A DNA stretch of 63,555 nt, the filler included, from Phoronis australis (Eukaryota; Animalia; Phoronida): assembly GCA_002633005.1 (NCBI GenBank). It is 7 parts of 7 records of this genome, joined end to end, with 100 filler letters (N's around TTAATTAATTAA, not from the genome) between each part and the next. Parts side by side here need not be neighbours in the genome. Positions count along the whole stretch, not along the records: positions 12,496 to 24,176 come from NMRA01001683.1; positions 24,277 to 36,085 come from NMRA01001675.1; positions 36,186 to 50,069 come from NMRA01000455.1; 4 more parts are not named here. One strand, written 5' to 3'. The notes beneath the pieces were generated by a model. That model was not told where the DNA came from, made no database searches, and saw only the letters and a program-made list of their open reading frames with translations. Position numbers and translations under genes: made by a program. Below, one piece after another: positions 23,797-37,539 of the stretch. Numbering within the stretch: position 1 is the stretch's first letter; every line of letters begins with the position of its first letter.

Positions 23797-23997
23797 GTAA
23801 GTAAAAGGATCCAGTAGGTTGGCTATTTTAAAAAAAAAAAATTTGTTCACTTACAAATTCAAACTATTGTTAGCAGGAATAATAACAAGCTGTGGCGCCA
23901 TTGACTCCAGCGATGAAGAAGGCTGTAAGTAAAAGGATCCAGCAGGTTGGCCATTAAAAAAACAGTGTTCACTTAAAAATTCAAACAGTTGTTAGCA
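23762..23997 (+). repeat. Tandem duplication of an exon end plus splice donor
   Basis: CTGTGG(T/C)GCCAT(C/T)GACTCCAGCGATGAAGAAGG(T/C)TGTAAGTAAAAGGATCCAG...GTTAGCA occurs at 23762-23876 and 23890-23997. Confidence 0.9.
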
Positions 23998-25499
23998 CTG
24001 GAATTATGACAATGATGGTGATGATAATCATAATTTCTTCTGCAAGTTTTTGCTTAGGGCAAGCATTTGTATGTAACAGTATCCAATTGTCCAGGTATTT
24101 CATGCTATGAACATTCCCACTAAATAAGATTGGTCCTAACCCCAGTGGTTAAGGTAAACGGTGGGGTATGGAAAATNNNNNNNNNNNNNNNNNNNNNNNN
24201 NNNNNNNNNNNNNNNNNNNNTTAATTAATTAANNNNNNNNNNNNNNNNNNNNNNNNNNNNNNNNNNNNNNNNNNNNATTTTATAGCTAAAGAGTTAAGCT
24301 TTCGAACACAATGCTTGGATTCCAGACGACTGTAACATTTACTTTTGAAATCTCTTTTGAATATCCGTTAAAATGCGCTAAAACAGTTGTCCCTTCCTGG
24401 TTATCTCTTCCTGCTGGTTATCTCTTCCTGCCATTACGCAATTGATACAGCTCATGAAAGTTCCCCCGTTTTAAGTTGCACATTTTTTGTGTGTCCAAAT
24501 GTTACATTATTGAAGAGGAGGTGGTGCTAAATCCAGCAAAAGACTAACACATGATGGCATCATAAACCAATCACAAGCTCAGAAATTAAGTAACTGTGAA
24601 CGTAATCTAACATTGGGGCTCCCTTAGGAGATGCTGTCAATAAATGCTGCATACACTTTCAAGCAATAAGTTCATCTGATCTGTTGAGATTCTAGAAACT
24701 TACATGGGGAAGACTGTGTGAAAAAATGACTTTCCCTTGGAGATAAAGACAGTAATGTGTCCCACCGGTTGCCATGTGCACCCAAGTAACCCCCCCCCCG
24801 GGTTCGCGTTGGCTCCAGGCAGTATCAAAAAGCATGTTAAAAAAGCATACTGACGCTACAAAGATTGAAGAGCAAAGAGGAAAGATTGCAAAAGTACGAA
24901 GAATGCCGAGAACAGAACCCCCTGATTACGACCAAGATGATGGTGAGTGTTATTTTTTTTTCTGGGTGTATAATAAATTGACGCAAGTCACTGAGTCAGT
25001 GACAGTGTAGTCAGTGCCTCAATGGGAAACAAGTCACTTCAAACCCAAGTCAACTCGTACCCAAGTCAAGTTTCAAAAGTATTTCAAAACTATTTAATTT
25101 GGCAAAGCAGTGATTAAAATCAATCAACCATGCCATAGTTATGCAAAACGACTCAATATTACCCGTTATTTAGTGAATGAAAATGAAAATTTATGTTTTT
25201 AGCAAGGATAAGAGTTGACTTGGGTGCAAATTGGCTAAGGTACGAATTGACTGGAAAACCCTCACAACTGGTAAAAAGACGGTGTTCCCTGGACTCGGTG
25301 TCTGGCCTACTTGTGTTTGAATCGAGCATCCAGGTAATTCATTGAATAACAGGCCAGTGTGATGGCATTCAAATGCAAATAGGGCACATAACCCAGTAAC
25401 AAGATGAACATTTTCTTCTGTGTACATTGTTCTTTTCTCAGTAACTTTAACTCTGGGCATGGTGTAAGATATCTATCAAAAATTTACTTTTTGTAATAT

Positions 25500-25644
25500 C
25501 CAGGGGTGGGGGGAGAGGTGATGTCCAACTCGAAGCTCAGCACGAAAGTTGTCCAATTGCATGCCACAATTCGAGTAAATTTACTTGAATTGTGTAATGT
25601 GGATGGTTAGGCGTTGAGTCCGAGTTTGGAGATTACACCCTGGG
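25500..25644. mobile_element. Small MITE-like inverted-repeat element
   Basis: GTGATGTCCAACTCGAAGCTCAGC pairs imperfectly with GTTGAGTCCGAGTTTGGAGATTACAC; ends CCAGGG/CCCTGG. Confidence 0.45.
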
Positions 25645-27346
25645 CCCAGGTGATTGGCCATCAATGTAATTATTGACTACAGAATGCACCTAGTAAACAG
25701 ATACGCGTCAAAATGCATTATTTGAGTTTAAATGAACCAATGCTTTGTCAATCATTATTAGTATATTTTTTCTGAAAGAAAAAAAACGATCGAGAATTCT
25801 TAAAATATGTTTCATACTACTGTGTCTATATTATTTGCCATGTTTTTAAGTAAATGTTCATGTGCTAGAAAGGTACTTTTATTATTAAATCTTTTTTTAA
25901 TGAAAACCTTACGTTAAGTCTCAAAAACGCTGTAATTTCTGATTATTCACTTAGTACGGGTTTTATGCCAAATTACCTGACAAAACAAGGCATTTTTGTA
26001 AAAAAATCAGCGCTCTTTTTGGTATATTTCTTGGTGCGCAAAAACTAGGCATTTCAAAGCAAAATCTTGCATTTGCGGGTCGCCTGATGGATCCCGCTGT
26101 TGACGTGTTGGAACTAGTATATGCGACACTAAGAGCTTAAACGGAGGGACATCTCGGAAATGAATGTACTGGGTTAACTACGGTTTACATCACATAACAA
26201 GCAAAAGGGTTGGACACTGCAGGGGCGGATCCAGGATTTTGAGTTGGGCAGGGAGGCAGGGCACAGGATTAACCAGAATTTTGCCTCATACGCGCGTCCA
26301 ACCTAAAATGTAGGGAAGTACAGGGTCTCGAATTTTTGGGTCTTTGGACCTTGTTACAAAAAAACAAACAAACGGGTTTTCCAAAAGGGATAAGGGAAAT
26401 TTTTTTTGGGGGGCATGGCCCCTTTGCACCCCCCCACACCCCGTTAATTGCAGGTTATTTGGTCTGTGTGACTCACTTGAAAACCAATGATGATGGTGAC
26501 ACAGATGGCAAACTTGAATTTTCATGACTTTGCCTCTACTCTTCAAGATTACGTTTTGAGAGGCAATTTAGATTGGAAAAAATAGCTTACTCATTAAAGA
26601 CATTCTGTGGTGATCTATTTTATTACTACATGTATGAGGTACCAGCGTTGAGTCACAAACGGCTGTTGATCAGAGCTATTCTCCACCAACGACTAATCCC
26701 TTCAACGTGTATTTATCAACGTGACATTTCCACAAACCCTGCATTTGTAGAACGCGATAAACTATTTCCAAACACTTTGCTGATTATTTGGATAACTCTA
26801 AAAGAAACCGCTGCAAAGCGTCTCTGGCAAACCAAACTCTCATATCGCCGTGTGCCTGAATCAGTCACCAGGTGGCGAGACCGGCTCGCCGACCATTCGG
26901 CAAATCAAGACTTAACAAACAATTCATGAACACACGCAAGGGTCGCTCAGGGGGCTCGAGCGAAGAGAGACAAGAACTCGGAAAAAATAGAAAACGCAAC
27001 AAAAGTCCACTAAAAGTAGAGGATCAACCAAAATTCGGCGAATGCACAAATCATTGCTCTGAATGTACTCCGTGAATCTCAGTAAAATGTCCATATTATC
27101 AAAAATTCGAGCTCCCAATTTTAGGCTGGGTGCGCGCATGTATATTGTCACCACTTAGAAAATAGCTAGTAAATTACGTTTGCACGACTGTTTAAACAGG
27201 TCATACCATAACTGTATTGGGAAAAACACTCAGCTCAGCAACTGCATGAGAAAATGTAAATTACTACATGGGTGTATCTTATGTTATCACTGGCAAACAA
27301 CAGTTACCACAACCATTGTCATCACATCTGTCCGTCTTCAGTACTG

Positions 27347-27490
27347 ATACATACAAACATACATACATACATACATACATACATACATACATACATACAT
27401 ACATACATACATACATACATAGTGCATACACACATACATACATACATACATACATACATACCGTCATACATAAATACATACATGCATATA
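27347..27490. repeat. (CATA)n microsatellite
   Basis: Direct reading. Confidence 0.98.
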
Positions 27491-27499
27491 CATGTATGA

Positions 27500-27953
27500 C
27501 GTAAATTAATTATTAACGGCGTAAAATAATTATTTGCGGGATGAAATGTTAATTTATGCCACAAATAACTATTTCATGCCGTTAAAAGTTATTGTGCACC
27601 GCGAATAAATACTTTACGCCATTAACATATAATTTACGTCACAAACAAATACTTTACGCCGTTAAAAGTTAAGTTACGTTGGAACTAATTACTTTACACT
27701 GTACATAATTACTTTACGCCGTTACATGTTAATTTACGCCGCAAATAATTTCTGTAACTGGAAATAATTACTTTACGCCGTTACATGTTAATTTACGCCG
27801 CAAATAATTTCTGTAACTGGAAATAATTACTTTACGCCGTTACATGTTAATTTACGCCGCAAATAATTTCTGTAACTGGAAATAATTACTTTACGCCGTT
27901 ACATGTTAATTTACGCCGCAAATAATTTCTGTAACTGGAAATAATTACTTTAN
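27500..27953. repeat. Minisatellite: 59-bp homogeneous units with degenerate ~20-bp TTTACGCC subrepeats upstream
   Basis: ATAATTACTTTACGCCGTTACATGTTAATTTACGCCGCAAATAATTTCTGTAACTGGAA repeated four times from ~27705 into the gap. Confidence 0.95.
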
Positions 27954-29591
27954 NNNNNNNNNNNNNNNNNNNNNNNNNNNNNNNNNNNNNNNNNNNNNNN
28001 NNNNNNNNNNNNNNNNNNNNNNNNNNNNNNNNNNNNNNNNNNNNNNNNNNNNNNNNNNNNNNNNNNNNNNNNNNNNNNNNNNNNNNNNNNNNNNNNNNNN
28101 NNNNNNNNNNNNNNNNNNNNNNNNNNNNNNNNNNNNNNNNNNNNNNNNNNNNNNNNNNNNNNNNNNNNNNNNNNNNNNNNNNNNNNNNNNNNNNNNNNNN
28201 NNNNNNNNNNNNNNNNNNNNNNNNNNNNNNNNNNNNNNNNNNNNNNNNNNNNNNNNNNNNNNNNNNNNNNNNNNNNNNNNNNNNNNNNNNNNNNNNNNNN
28301 NNNNNNNNNNNNNNNNNNNNNNNNNNNNNNNNNNNNNNNNNNNNNNNNNNNNNNNNNNNNNNNNNNNNNNNTCTGAGTGTTTGTTCTGCAATTACTGAAG
28401 TTTAGCCCCTATTAGCAGGCGTGTTTAGGTGACTTGCATAAATAAGTGTTTGTGTTTGTGTTTGGATAAATTATTACTATTTTCAATTGTTCCTATACTA
28501 GTTCATTTGTTCAATGTTTACCTATTGCTCAGACACTTGTTTCGCTAATTCGATTTGTGAGCGGTGAATGTTATCTGTAGTACTCGCATTTTCACGTGAA
28601 ATAAAATTCAAAAATTGAAAAGTTTATCTTGTGAAAAATCTAAGTCAATACTTTGTGTTGCTGACAGCGCACATTGTACATGCCAGTTGTCCCGCTCATG
28701 GCGGACTACCCTACTTTCTGATTTTTCCGCCATCCCGCCACACCCTCAAAACGGCCCGTCTTTACACGCGGCAACACTGACATATTATCATATACTACTT
28801 TAATTTACCACCCAACATGGCATTATTTTCCCGTTCGACTGAAAAGAAAAAACACGTTCCATGTGTTTGAGGTACCTGCAATTGCGCATTCGACTAAAAA
28901 CCAAGAAATTGCCGTCGCGCGAATTTGAGTGTAACTTCTCCCGTTCGACAAGAAACGCTGTCGGGACGTTTTTGGGCGAGCCTTTCACCCTCAGGCTTGG
29001 TTTTGGGATAGACATGGGTGACCGCTTTTTGTCCAGGAAGTTCCGCTTTTCTATCCAGTTGCCCTGCCTTTTCACTCTTGAACTTTGACAATGAGGAACA
29101 GGTATTCGTCTGTCTCTCCTTACGGTAACATACATTGCATGTATCAGGATCACTATTTTTTACTTTCTGAAGAAAGCAATTTGTTTTTACAAACTACTAT
29201 CGACAGTCTTTCACTGCAACATATGTATGATCTATCCCCAATGCCTTTCAAACCTGCATATAGATGTTTGCTCATTTTTATCTAACATAAGTCACTAAGC
29301 CTTTATCTGCAAATTCCAGATAGGTAGTTGGAGTAATCAGTGTATTACACTTTTTGTAAATTTTACTGCATCCTGAATTTTCACTGAAAATTTGAGTCAA
29401 TTGGCCCCAAAGGTCCAATTAATATATAAAGAAGTATAATTTTGGTTGAATGCCTGGTTGAATTCTTCACATTAACTGTGAGAGATCCATATTCTAAAAT
29501 CTTGATAGGATAGAAATCTTTTGAATCATTGGAATTATTTTTGCCCTGCTGGTTTAGTTAGTCATTTATATAACGTCTCTGATTTATGTCC

Positions 29592-30812
29592 TTTTAATGC
29601 GCCCGCATATTTATATGTGGGTGCATTTTGCCGTCATCTCTGTCTGAGCAACCTGCCGTCCGGGTGTCTTGGCCTCCGGGCGTCTTGGGTCCGCGGCTGT
29701 ATCTCATAAGCCCCTCGCAAGATCTTATTGAAATCTAGTAGGTGTGTTGCTATGTGGCTGACGACAGATGACGAGTTTCGGACCTATCCGAATACCTCTG
29801 TCCCCCTAGTGGCATTCTTAGTTGTCTACGTTTCCCATTATGGGCGGTTTCGACGAATTTTACGCCACCTTGTCGATATTTTCGTTATTTTTACATCCGT
29901 TTTCTGGCGCCTCAGTGCTCAAAGGATCATTAAAAAAATTACAGCTTTGTTGCTGATGAGAAGGTCAGGTCTGACGTTGACATTCGAACGGGTCCGACAA
30001 CTGTGTCGCACCCTATTGGCGATTCCTTTTACGTCTGCGGAAGAATCTCCTTAACCCTTTGAAGGAACTTTGTGAAATTTGAAAGATCTAATCCTGTGGA
30101 GCCGACTACAAACGGTAACAAATGTCGAACTGATCCAAATACTAATGTGTCCCCTAATAAAATTTGTTTACGCTTACCTCTGTATCTTAGGAGTTCTTGA
30201 ATGTATTTTCATGAAACTCGCCAAATAGATGTCTGTTAAGGAGACGACAACGCCTTCCCAGTTTTGGACAGATTTGAAGTTTTCTATACCACCTGTTGAC
30301 CATTTATGTTTTTGCGTATGTTTTTTACCTCTGCCGGACCACCCAAAGGGCGATTACGAAAATTGACAGTTATGTGCCTTATGCAAGAACCCTGGTTGAT
30401 GTTAATTTTCGGATTTTTTTACCATTCTGGAGCACCCTAACGGCAATTTCGCTTGTCTGCGTCTGCGGCTGCACCCCTTTTACCCTGTGAAGAGTCTGCG
30501 AAATTTGGCATTTGGGCTTTTCTAGAGATGGCAACAAATGACGACGAGTTTCAGACCAATCGGAGTATGCAATCATGTAGCTGTGCACCCTAATGTCAAT
30601 TATTTTTGCCTCTATATCTTACGAGTTCGATGGCTTATTTTCATGAAATTTGGCAAATAGTTGAGTTTTACAGAGACGACGCTCCCTTTTCAATTCGCCG
30701 GGATTTGGGCATTCTGTGCCATCTAATGGCTATTTTATGATACTAAACACGCCCACGGAAGCACATCGTTTGCGGTGTTATCGTGGGCGCATTTCAACGC
30801 TCCGCGTTGCTT
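29592..30812 (+). mobile_element. Helentron-associated (HINE/DINE-1-like) non-autonomous element
   Basis: 5' TTTTAATGCGCCCGC with adjacent inverted copy; 3' subterminal repeat GTGGGCGCATT (30783-30793) followed by the hairpin CAACGC-TCC-GCGTTG (30795-30809); degenerate internal tandem blocks. Confidence 0.7.
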
Positions 30813-33730
30813 ACCCCCTTTTATTTTCACCTTTTGGTACACTATTGGTTTTAGAATATTTTTCAGTCTGTCAGGCATGCAAAATTATGATTATTTATGA
30901 ATTAAATTACTTTATTGTTTGCTTCTGCTATTATCACACACCGTCAACAACTGATGAAGGGCTTTCTAATCATGCAATTCGATTAAAAACTGCGGAGTTG
31001 CGGAAAGTTTTAGTGACAGAAAATTTCATAGGAGTAACAACACCAGGTCAAACAAATGCAAACAAATGGCACGCACGCACGATGCAACCTCATCGGATAG
31101 AATTTGGCATGCAGGGTCTACATGTAGATTTCTATGAAAACCTACTTGATGACTATCTCCGCCACCTGGTAATGTGAGCTACCAACAAAAAGGTTAGGTT
31201 TTCCATAATTATTACCTGCGGGATTCTCTCTACGGTCTATGGTTTCTTTTGCTATACATGTACCATGCAAAACAACTTTTGAATAGGACAGCCGCCTGAT
31301 TACACACGATATGTTCACAATACTGTAAATGGCGAGTAAACATGTACCCTGGTAATTGCTGGGGCTTTTTAAGGGATTCCTCGAATGTAACAAAGGCTTG
31401 AACTTGTGTAAAATGGGCTTATATTGGCTCACGACAGTGATCATCTCATTGATATCGATCGTAACGATATTCAACCGCGTTGACCATGACGGATACCTAA
31501 CTATATAGCTGGCACCCCGAGGTTATAACTGTTTTGATCACAATCGCCGTTGTCGCTTGATCTCAGTTGAGACCAATAGTTGCATCAATATAATGATATA
31601 TGACGTATGTTCAAGCAATTATCACCCTTGCCGCCAGTCTTCAGTTTATCACCGTTTAATCAAATATTCGCTATCATCATCAAATCTTTCCCATGAATAG
31701 CGTTTACGGTTCAGACACTTCACAGCTCCTCAATGCATATCCCATATTTTGTTTTGCTCATTTTTTTCACCCTGTCTCTCTTCTTTCTTTAGTTATAAAC
31801 ATGAACATATTAATTGCGCAACAACCTACAAATTTACACACTGTTTGTTGCGGTATTAAACACAAGCAACCCTTGTCACAACTACAACGCAAGGCAGCCT
31901 TCACCCAAGTCATCCAAAATGGTTTCATTTGTTAGCATTCATCTAACAGAGTCTAACATCCCACAATGTCTCATTTTTATGACTTCCACAGTATACATTT
32001 CTAATGCATGATTTGTGGCATTCATTAATCAAAGTGCAATATGTATTGACTCTTAAGAAAAAAAGTTTATTATAGGACAAAGCAACACACTGCACCGATA
32101 AATTGCGTACTGTTGAATACAGAAATTAAAGACGCCTTCTTAAAGACATAGAAATTTGCGTTTGAGATATTAACAAATCGACCACGTTTGAAGCTGCCAT
32201 AATTTCTTTCAAACAGATTTTAATTAAGACGATTATTCTTAAATTGCTCAGCTTAGGAACTAGTCAGTTCTGGGATTGTTAACACACTCATTTTGCCATT
32301 GCTCAAGACCAGGCTCGGCATGTTGACATGACGCTGCACATGTAGGTCACTTTATGCACTGAGCAAGTTGGTAGGACCCGACGGCCTGCTTCGAATGAAC
32401 TGGAGCTTTAATTTCAATCTGATCTATATTGATATTGATAAAGTGCGTGTACCAGTGAAAGAAAAGGTGTTTTGAAGCATTTATTCGTTCATATTCACAA
32501 ACAATATAAATGGTAAAATTTCACTGGTGTAAATACGAACAGTATTAAAATTATCTGCTTTTTCAGACACTCACATTCACCTTAGGCCCTGGTGACTGTT
32601 GAAATCTTGCCATTGGCAATTTCTTGGAATATTAATTTCTCTACTTTGTAATATTCAACGATTTCTGTTTTTAGTAAATTGAAACATGGCAAGCATTTCG
32701 CAAATATCTTTCAGTATATAAGATACTTGCCAAAATGTTTGGTCCTGTGAATTTGGCGAATGCTATGACCTCATTATAATAAATAACTTGAAATAAAGCA
32801 GCCCAAAAAGATGCACACCGAAGCAAATGAACAATTTTTCAAGTTCTTTCTGGCAAAAACCGCACATATGCGACACGACTACCACAATTTTCAAGTGAAA
32901 AACATTAATGCTATGTTTTCGGTGTGTCAAGTAATTCAAAGCCACTTTAATATTGAATCATTCGTTAAGTGAACAACACAGCTTGGGGCTTTCCGTCACA
33001 ACTCGTTTGTTAGCAAATATTTAAAACTGTCCTTTATTTTAATCTTTTTTTTACAATTGGCTAACCAAAGCCTTGAAGGTATTTACGGGATGTTTAGCAA
33101 AGTAACTACATTTTTATTGTTTCTTACTTTAAGATATTCACGTAATGTTATTCTCAAGCCGTAAAATTCCAAAACTTTTTAAAACGGATCATATGACTTT
33201 ACGCTTTTCTTCATAATTTAGTGAAAACATCCGACAAAGATCTAAATTAAATGTAATTCCTAGTGTTGTAAATGATTCTCTTCTCTCTATTCTGTTTGTC
33301 TTGGTGTCTTGGTATGTTTTTACTGAGGGTCTCCATGGAAAGCGGTGAGAATTGGTGAGGCTACTCTCACTGCAAACATTACAATATTAAATAATTACAT
33401 AAATAAATATATAACAAAATTCTTCATATTAAGTTTTTTTTCTCGACACAAACGTCTGCCACTTCATAGCTCCGATCCAAGCGCATTCTTCTTTCTCTAG
33501 ATTCGGTTTCAAACCCCGAAAACTTGTAGAATTGATTTATTGGATTAAGGGTGTTTTTCAGAAATTCAATAAAACAACCGAGTATAATTACGGCACCATC
33601 GGCATATTGCGTTATTCTATGAGATCTCGTACCTACATTTATTCCTTTAACTCCAAAATTTTGCGCGTAGTAAACAAGATACCCATAATCTCAGCACACA
33701 TGGTGAACAAATAAGGCGAAATTGGAACCC

Positions 33731-36086
33731 CTACCGGCACCAGCCACCAATTTCGAAGTACTCTAAATGAAAATTGTGCTGCTGGAACAGGGAAAGCTGT
33801 GATCCCATTTCATAATATCTTTTCCAAACTTGAAAAATAGGCACGATATACATATACATATTGACTACATTTCCATTACACAGAATCAAATCAAACGTTT
33901 TCTCAAAATCTACCGCCATTAGTAATCCATGGATATTTGTGTGTTGAGTATGTTACATTACATCGTAAACGTTTTTAGTATTATCTCCAATGAATCTGAC
34001 CATGAGAAATCTCGTTTGATTGCCATGTACGCGGGGATCAGATACCAGTTTTAGGCACTGTGCAAGGCATCCAGACAAAACTTTTAAAAAGCTGTTGATG
34101 AACAGTGAAATAGGACGCCAGTCGGTGATGTATTATCGACATTTGTTACCTTTTGTTAAGAGCACAATCGGTGAGAATAGGAGGCGAAGCACCTGTAACA
34201 TATCTATTGTTAAATGATCGAATCGGGAAAGAGCAAATGTCTTGCCAGAATAACTTATACATCTCAATCGAAAAGGCGTCGAGATCTAGTAATATGTCAT
34301 CCTTCATATTTTTGACACCTAAAGCTTCCGCAAAAATATTGGCCCGTTTTGTTAGTTTGGGACTATTAACATTACTAAATTTTCTTATTTCATTTTCATT
34401 CACAGCATTTCCAAGTCCAAACCTTCTAAAAATCATAATTAGTTGAGACAGATCTTTGTAAACACTGCGAATATATGAACGCAATACCTCCTGATTTTTA
34501 TGTTCATTTCCGTTGCGGGCTAATTTAGTAATATTTTTTTGCCGACGGATGTTTCTTTTTTCTATATTACTGAAATATTTTGTCCGTTTTTCTTCTTGGT
34601 CTATACATATGGCACGAGTTCAGATAATGGCAACTTTCACGCTTTCCTCACGTAAAATATTCATTTCAGCAGACAGGTGTTCCAAAACATCACCAAAAGC
34701 AAAGGATTACGTATTTTCAGTTATTGGAGACAAATAAAACAACAAGAATAATGTATATTTTAAGTTGTATTGGGAACTTCAGGGTGACAGCTCTAAATAA
34801 CTATTTCACAGAAGGAACCAGATGGGTTCCTTAATTACAAGAGATAACACACACACATTTCCGATACCCAAAGTACAACTGAGTATCGGATGCTAAGTGG
34901 CACAGGTTAGCGTAGTACCAAATGGGTACATAATACCAAATGGGTATTGGCCGATTGCCTACCAACTGGGTCGAGCAAAACGGCAAATTCAATAATAAGT
35001 ACCAAGTGGGTACAAACTGCCAAATGGGCAAATGTCATATAAAGTACCAAGTGGGTACACCAAACATCCAACTGGGCTATAACAACCTGCAAAGCAGGGT
35101 TCCGGACAAGCTGAGTGAGCAGACCAGCCGGAGTGATAAAAAAGATGTTGTAAGGAACGTGGTGTTGTGGCTCAGTATGTGCCGAGAGCTGTGACCGGGG
35201 TGGAGAGAAGCAAGCTGCAGTGATGGATGCTCGAGTACAGGTTGGGTCGCTAGCCAATGACGCCGGTTACTGCCAGACGGTATGACGCTCCGGGCCTGAA
35301 GAAGGCACCAGCAGGGACTGCAAAAACAACCATAACCAACAGCAGATTTTGTTCGACAAAAGGGGGAGTGTGGGAAAGGTATGAATCGGTTGAGAGATGT
35401 CGTGGAGCCCAGGGTAGGGAGGGTGGGAGAAGTATAAAATTGGCTAATTAGGAAAACTTACGAGTGAACGTACTGTTGCTTGAGGCTGGGCCAACAGGAA
35501 GCTGGAGAGAAAGAACAAACAGCGCTACCATCGGACTTGGTAGGAACTAACTAGGAGTTGGATATGAAGCATGAAGGGCTGTATAATGTTATTTGCCCAA
35601 ATAATAGGATTTATGTCAGAGTGCCATAAATCTCATTATTTCAAATGAAACAGTAATTTGCATTTCCAATTTTTGTGTGAGAATCGTTCTCGTTTTCCTC
35701 CTTTTTGGTTTGCTAAACTGAATACTTTAAGAGCAAGTTTTTAAAAGGAGCACTTCAAAAACGAAACATTCCACAATTTTGAGGTACAAATCATCATTTG
35801 GAATACCATCTGTTGACTCTTTATTGTAAGGGGGTGCTCAATAGTCTTTCTTGTTGTCAAGAATAATTTGCTTTCACTAACGAAGCATATTCCAGAATCC
35901 CGGACCACGATAAAATATGATAGTCTAATAGAAAATACAATAGAAGAATGATCAGTTCTGCATCCAGATTCTATCTTAGAATATTGCAAGATGTTTATCA
36001 ACTCCTCACATATAAGGAAAAGTCGAAAATTGCTTTCTGTCAATTTTAGGCTTTTCCAAGTAAGCATGTTTTAGATTATTCTATCN
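33731..36086 (-). mobile_element. Second, older Tx1/L1-clade LINE remnant, interrupted at ~34740-35600
   Basis: Endonuclease end IESGCRTDHS (35741-36067), then RAICIDQEEKRTKYF, DWRPISL, FIGDNTKNVYDVM and AVDFEKTFD, in collinear order. Confidence 0.8.
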
Positions 36087-36266
36087 NNNNNNNNNNNNNN
36101 NNNNNNNNNNNNNNNNNNNNNNNNNNNNNTTAATTAATTAANNNNNNNNNNNNNNNNNNNNNNNNNNNNNNNNNNNNNNNNNNNNGTCACAAAACATGGA
36201 TTATTTGCCTGTGAAGCTAAGCGAGCAGATCCAGCTAAAGAAGATTAAGTGTCTTGTGGTCTACCA

Positions 36267-36730
36267 TAGGGCCCTTTCACATTGACTTAACTCTTGTCTG
36301 AGCGGAGCATCGGCGTACACTGCGAAGTTAACTGGACCGTTCATTCTGGCTAGTTAATGAACTTCAAAGTAAACAGTAGGTGACGCTGTCGTGATCGAAG
36401 GTATCGCAAGGTAGCACTGCACGCTAAGATGTGACAACTTGGGAACATTTACATGTGTTAATTGACATAAAACGTATTTTTAAATTGGTTGGTGATTATT
36501 ATAGCAAGGTATAAGCAACTATTAGCCATCACACTACTGTGAATTTGTTAATGATAACAGTGGCCCCTGGCAATAACTTCGATAGGACTGAAGTTGATCG
36601 TTTATACTGCGTGGCAGCGAAGTTAACTGGCGCTGTTAACTTCCTTCCAGGACCAAAGTTTAACTGTTCAAACTGACATTAACTCCCAAAAACGTCGACA
36701 CGTCTATGTTTGTTAGTATGAAAGGTCCTA
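36267..36730. mobile_element. MITE (Harbinger-like ends)
   Basis: TAGGGCCCTTTCACATTGAC ... GTTAGTATGAAAGGTCCTA imperfect TIRs; internal GAAGTTAACTGG repeats. The superfamily is a guess. Confidence 0.55.
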
Positions 36731-37539
36731 TATTTGTATGAAGTTCAGTAGCTTTAAATTACAGGAAAAAGAATATTTTTGTGGTCAAAGGACTAAGTTT
36801 TCTAATTTCCATCTCGTATAACCAGGTTGTACTTAGGGTTACTTTTAGTGAAACTTGTTTGCACCATGNNNNNNNNNNNNNNNNNNNNNNNNNNNNNNNN
36901 NNNNNNNNNTATAGGTGATTCTAGTCATTTCTAGGCACTATTTCTAGCATAAGGATTGTACTTCCCAAAATCAGACCCGTGGCCAGTCGATAAACTTTTA
37001 GTTACCTGTTACGTTTTATGTTATGCTTTTGTCTCTGCGGATATTCTTGGATTTATTCTTGGTGTCATTGCTGTAATTTTAGTTGAAAAAGTCTGCTGTT
37101 GAAACGTAGACTTTTGTTGTAGTCCTTCCTGGCTATGTAATCACATTTTCTTTGGTTTTGTTTCATGATTTGGTAGTGATTTCTCTGTTTGTACATTCCA
37201 TTTTGCTCCCTCAGTTATCGCATAAGTGTCATAGACTGAGAACGATGCAAATAATGAATATATTATTAGCCTCATTTAGTTTTCGCTGCATTGTATGCAT
37301 GACACTTGATGAACTGATTTTTGAAATGTTTTTGGTTTTTAAAATATTTCACTTTTGTTCACTTATTTTAAGGAACTAGTGTATTTTAGGAAGTGCATTT
37401 TATTTTCTGCAATTAATCACTGTTAATGAAATGTTAATAGAAGTCTAGTTTGTTAAATCTTGATGAGAATCATTAAATTTGTTACTGTACTCCACTCTCG
37501 TTTTAGTGAAAGTCGAAATTTTTGAATGTCTGTCCTATT

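Noticed and set aside
24774-26177. Short ORF with a GTGAGT donor, and a piggyBac-like GGG-TTAA end at ~26177
   Set aside because: No recognisable domain or matching left end was found. It is not a transmembrane exon of the CUB gene.
27268-27564. YIHT/MYVC repeat ORFs
   Set aside because: They come from the (CATA)n microsatellite.
30716-31474. ORFs of 153 and 110 aa
   Set aside because: They have non-ATG starts, no domain motifs and no splice-consistent partners, and the first begins inside a repeat.
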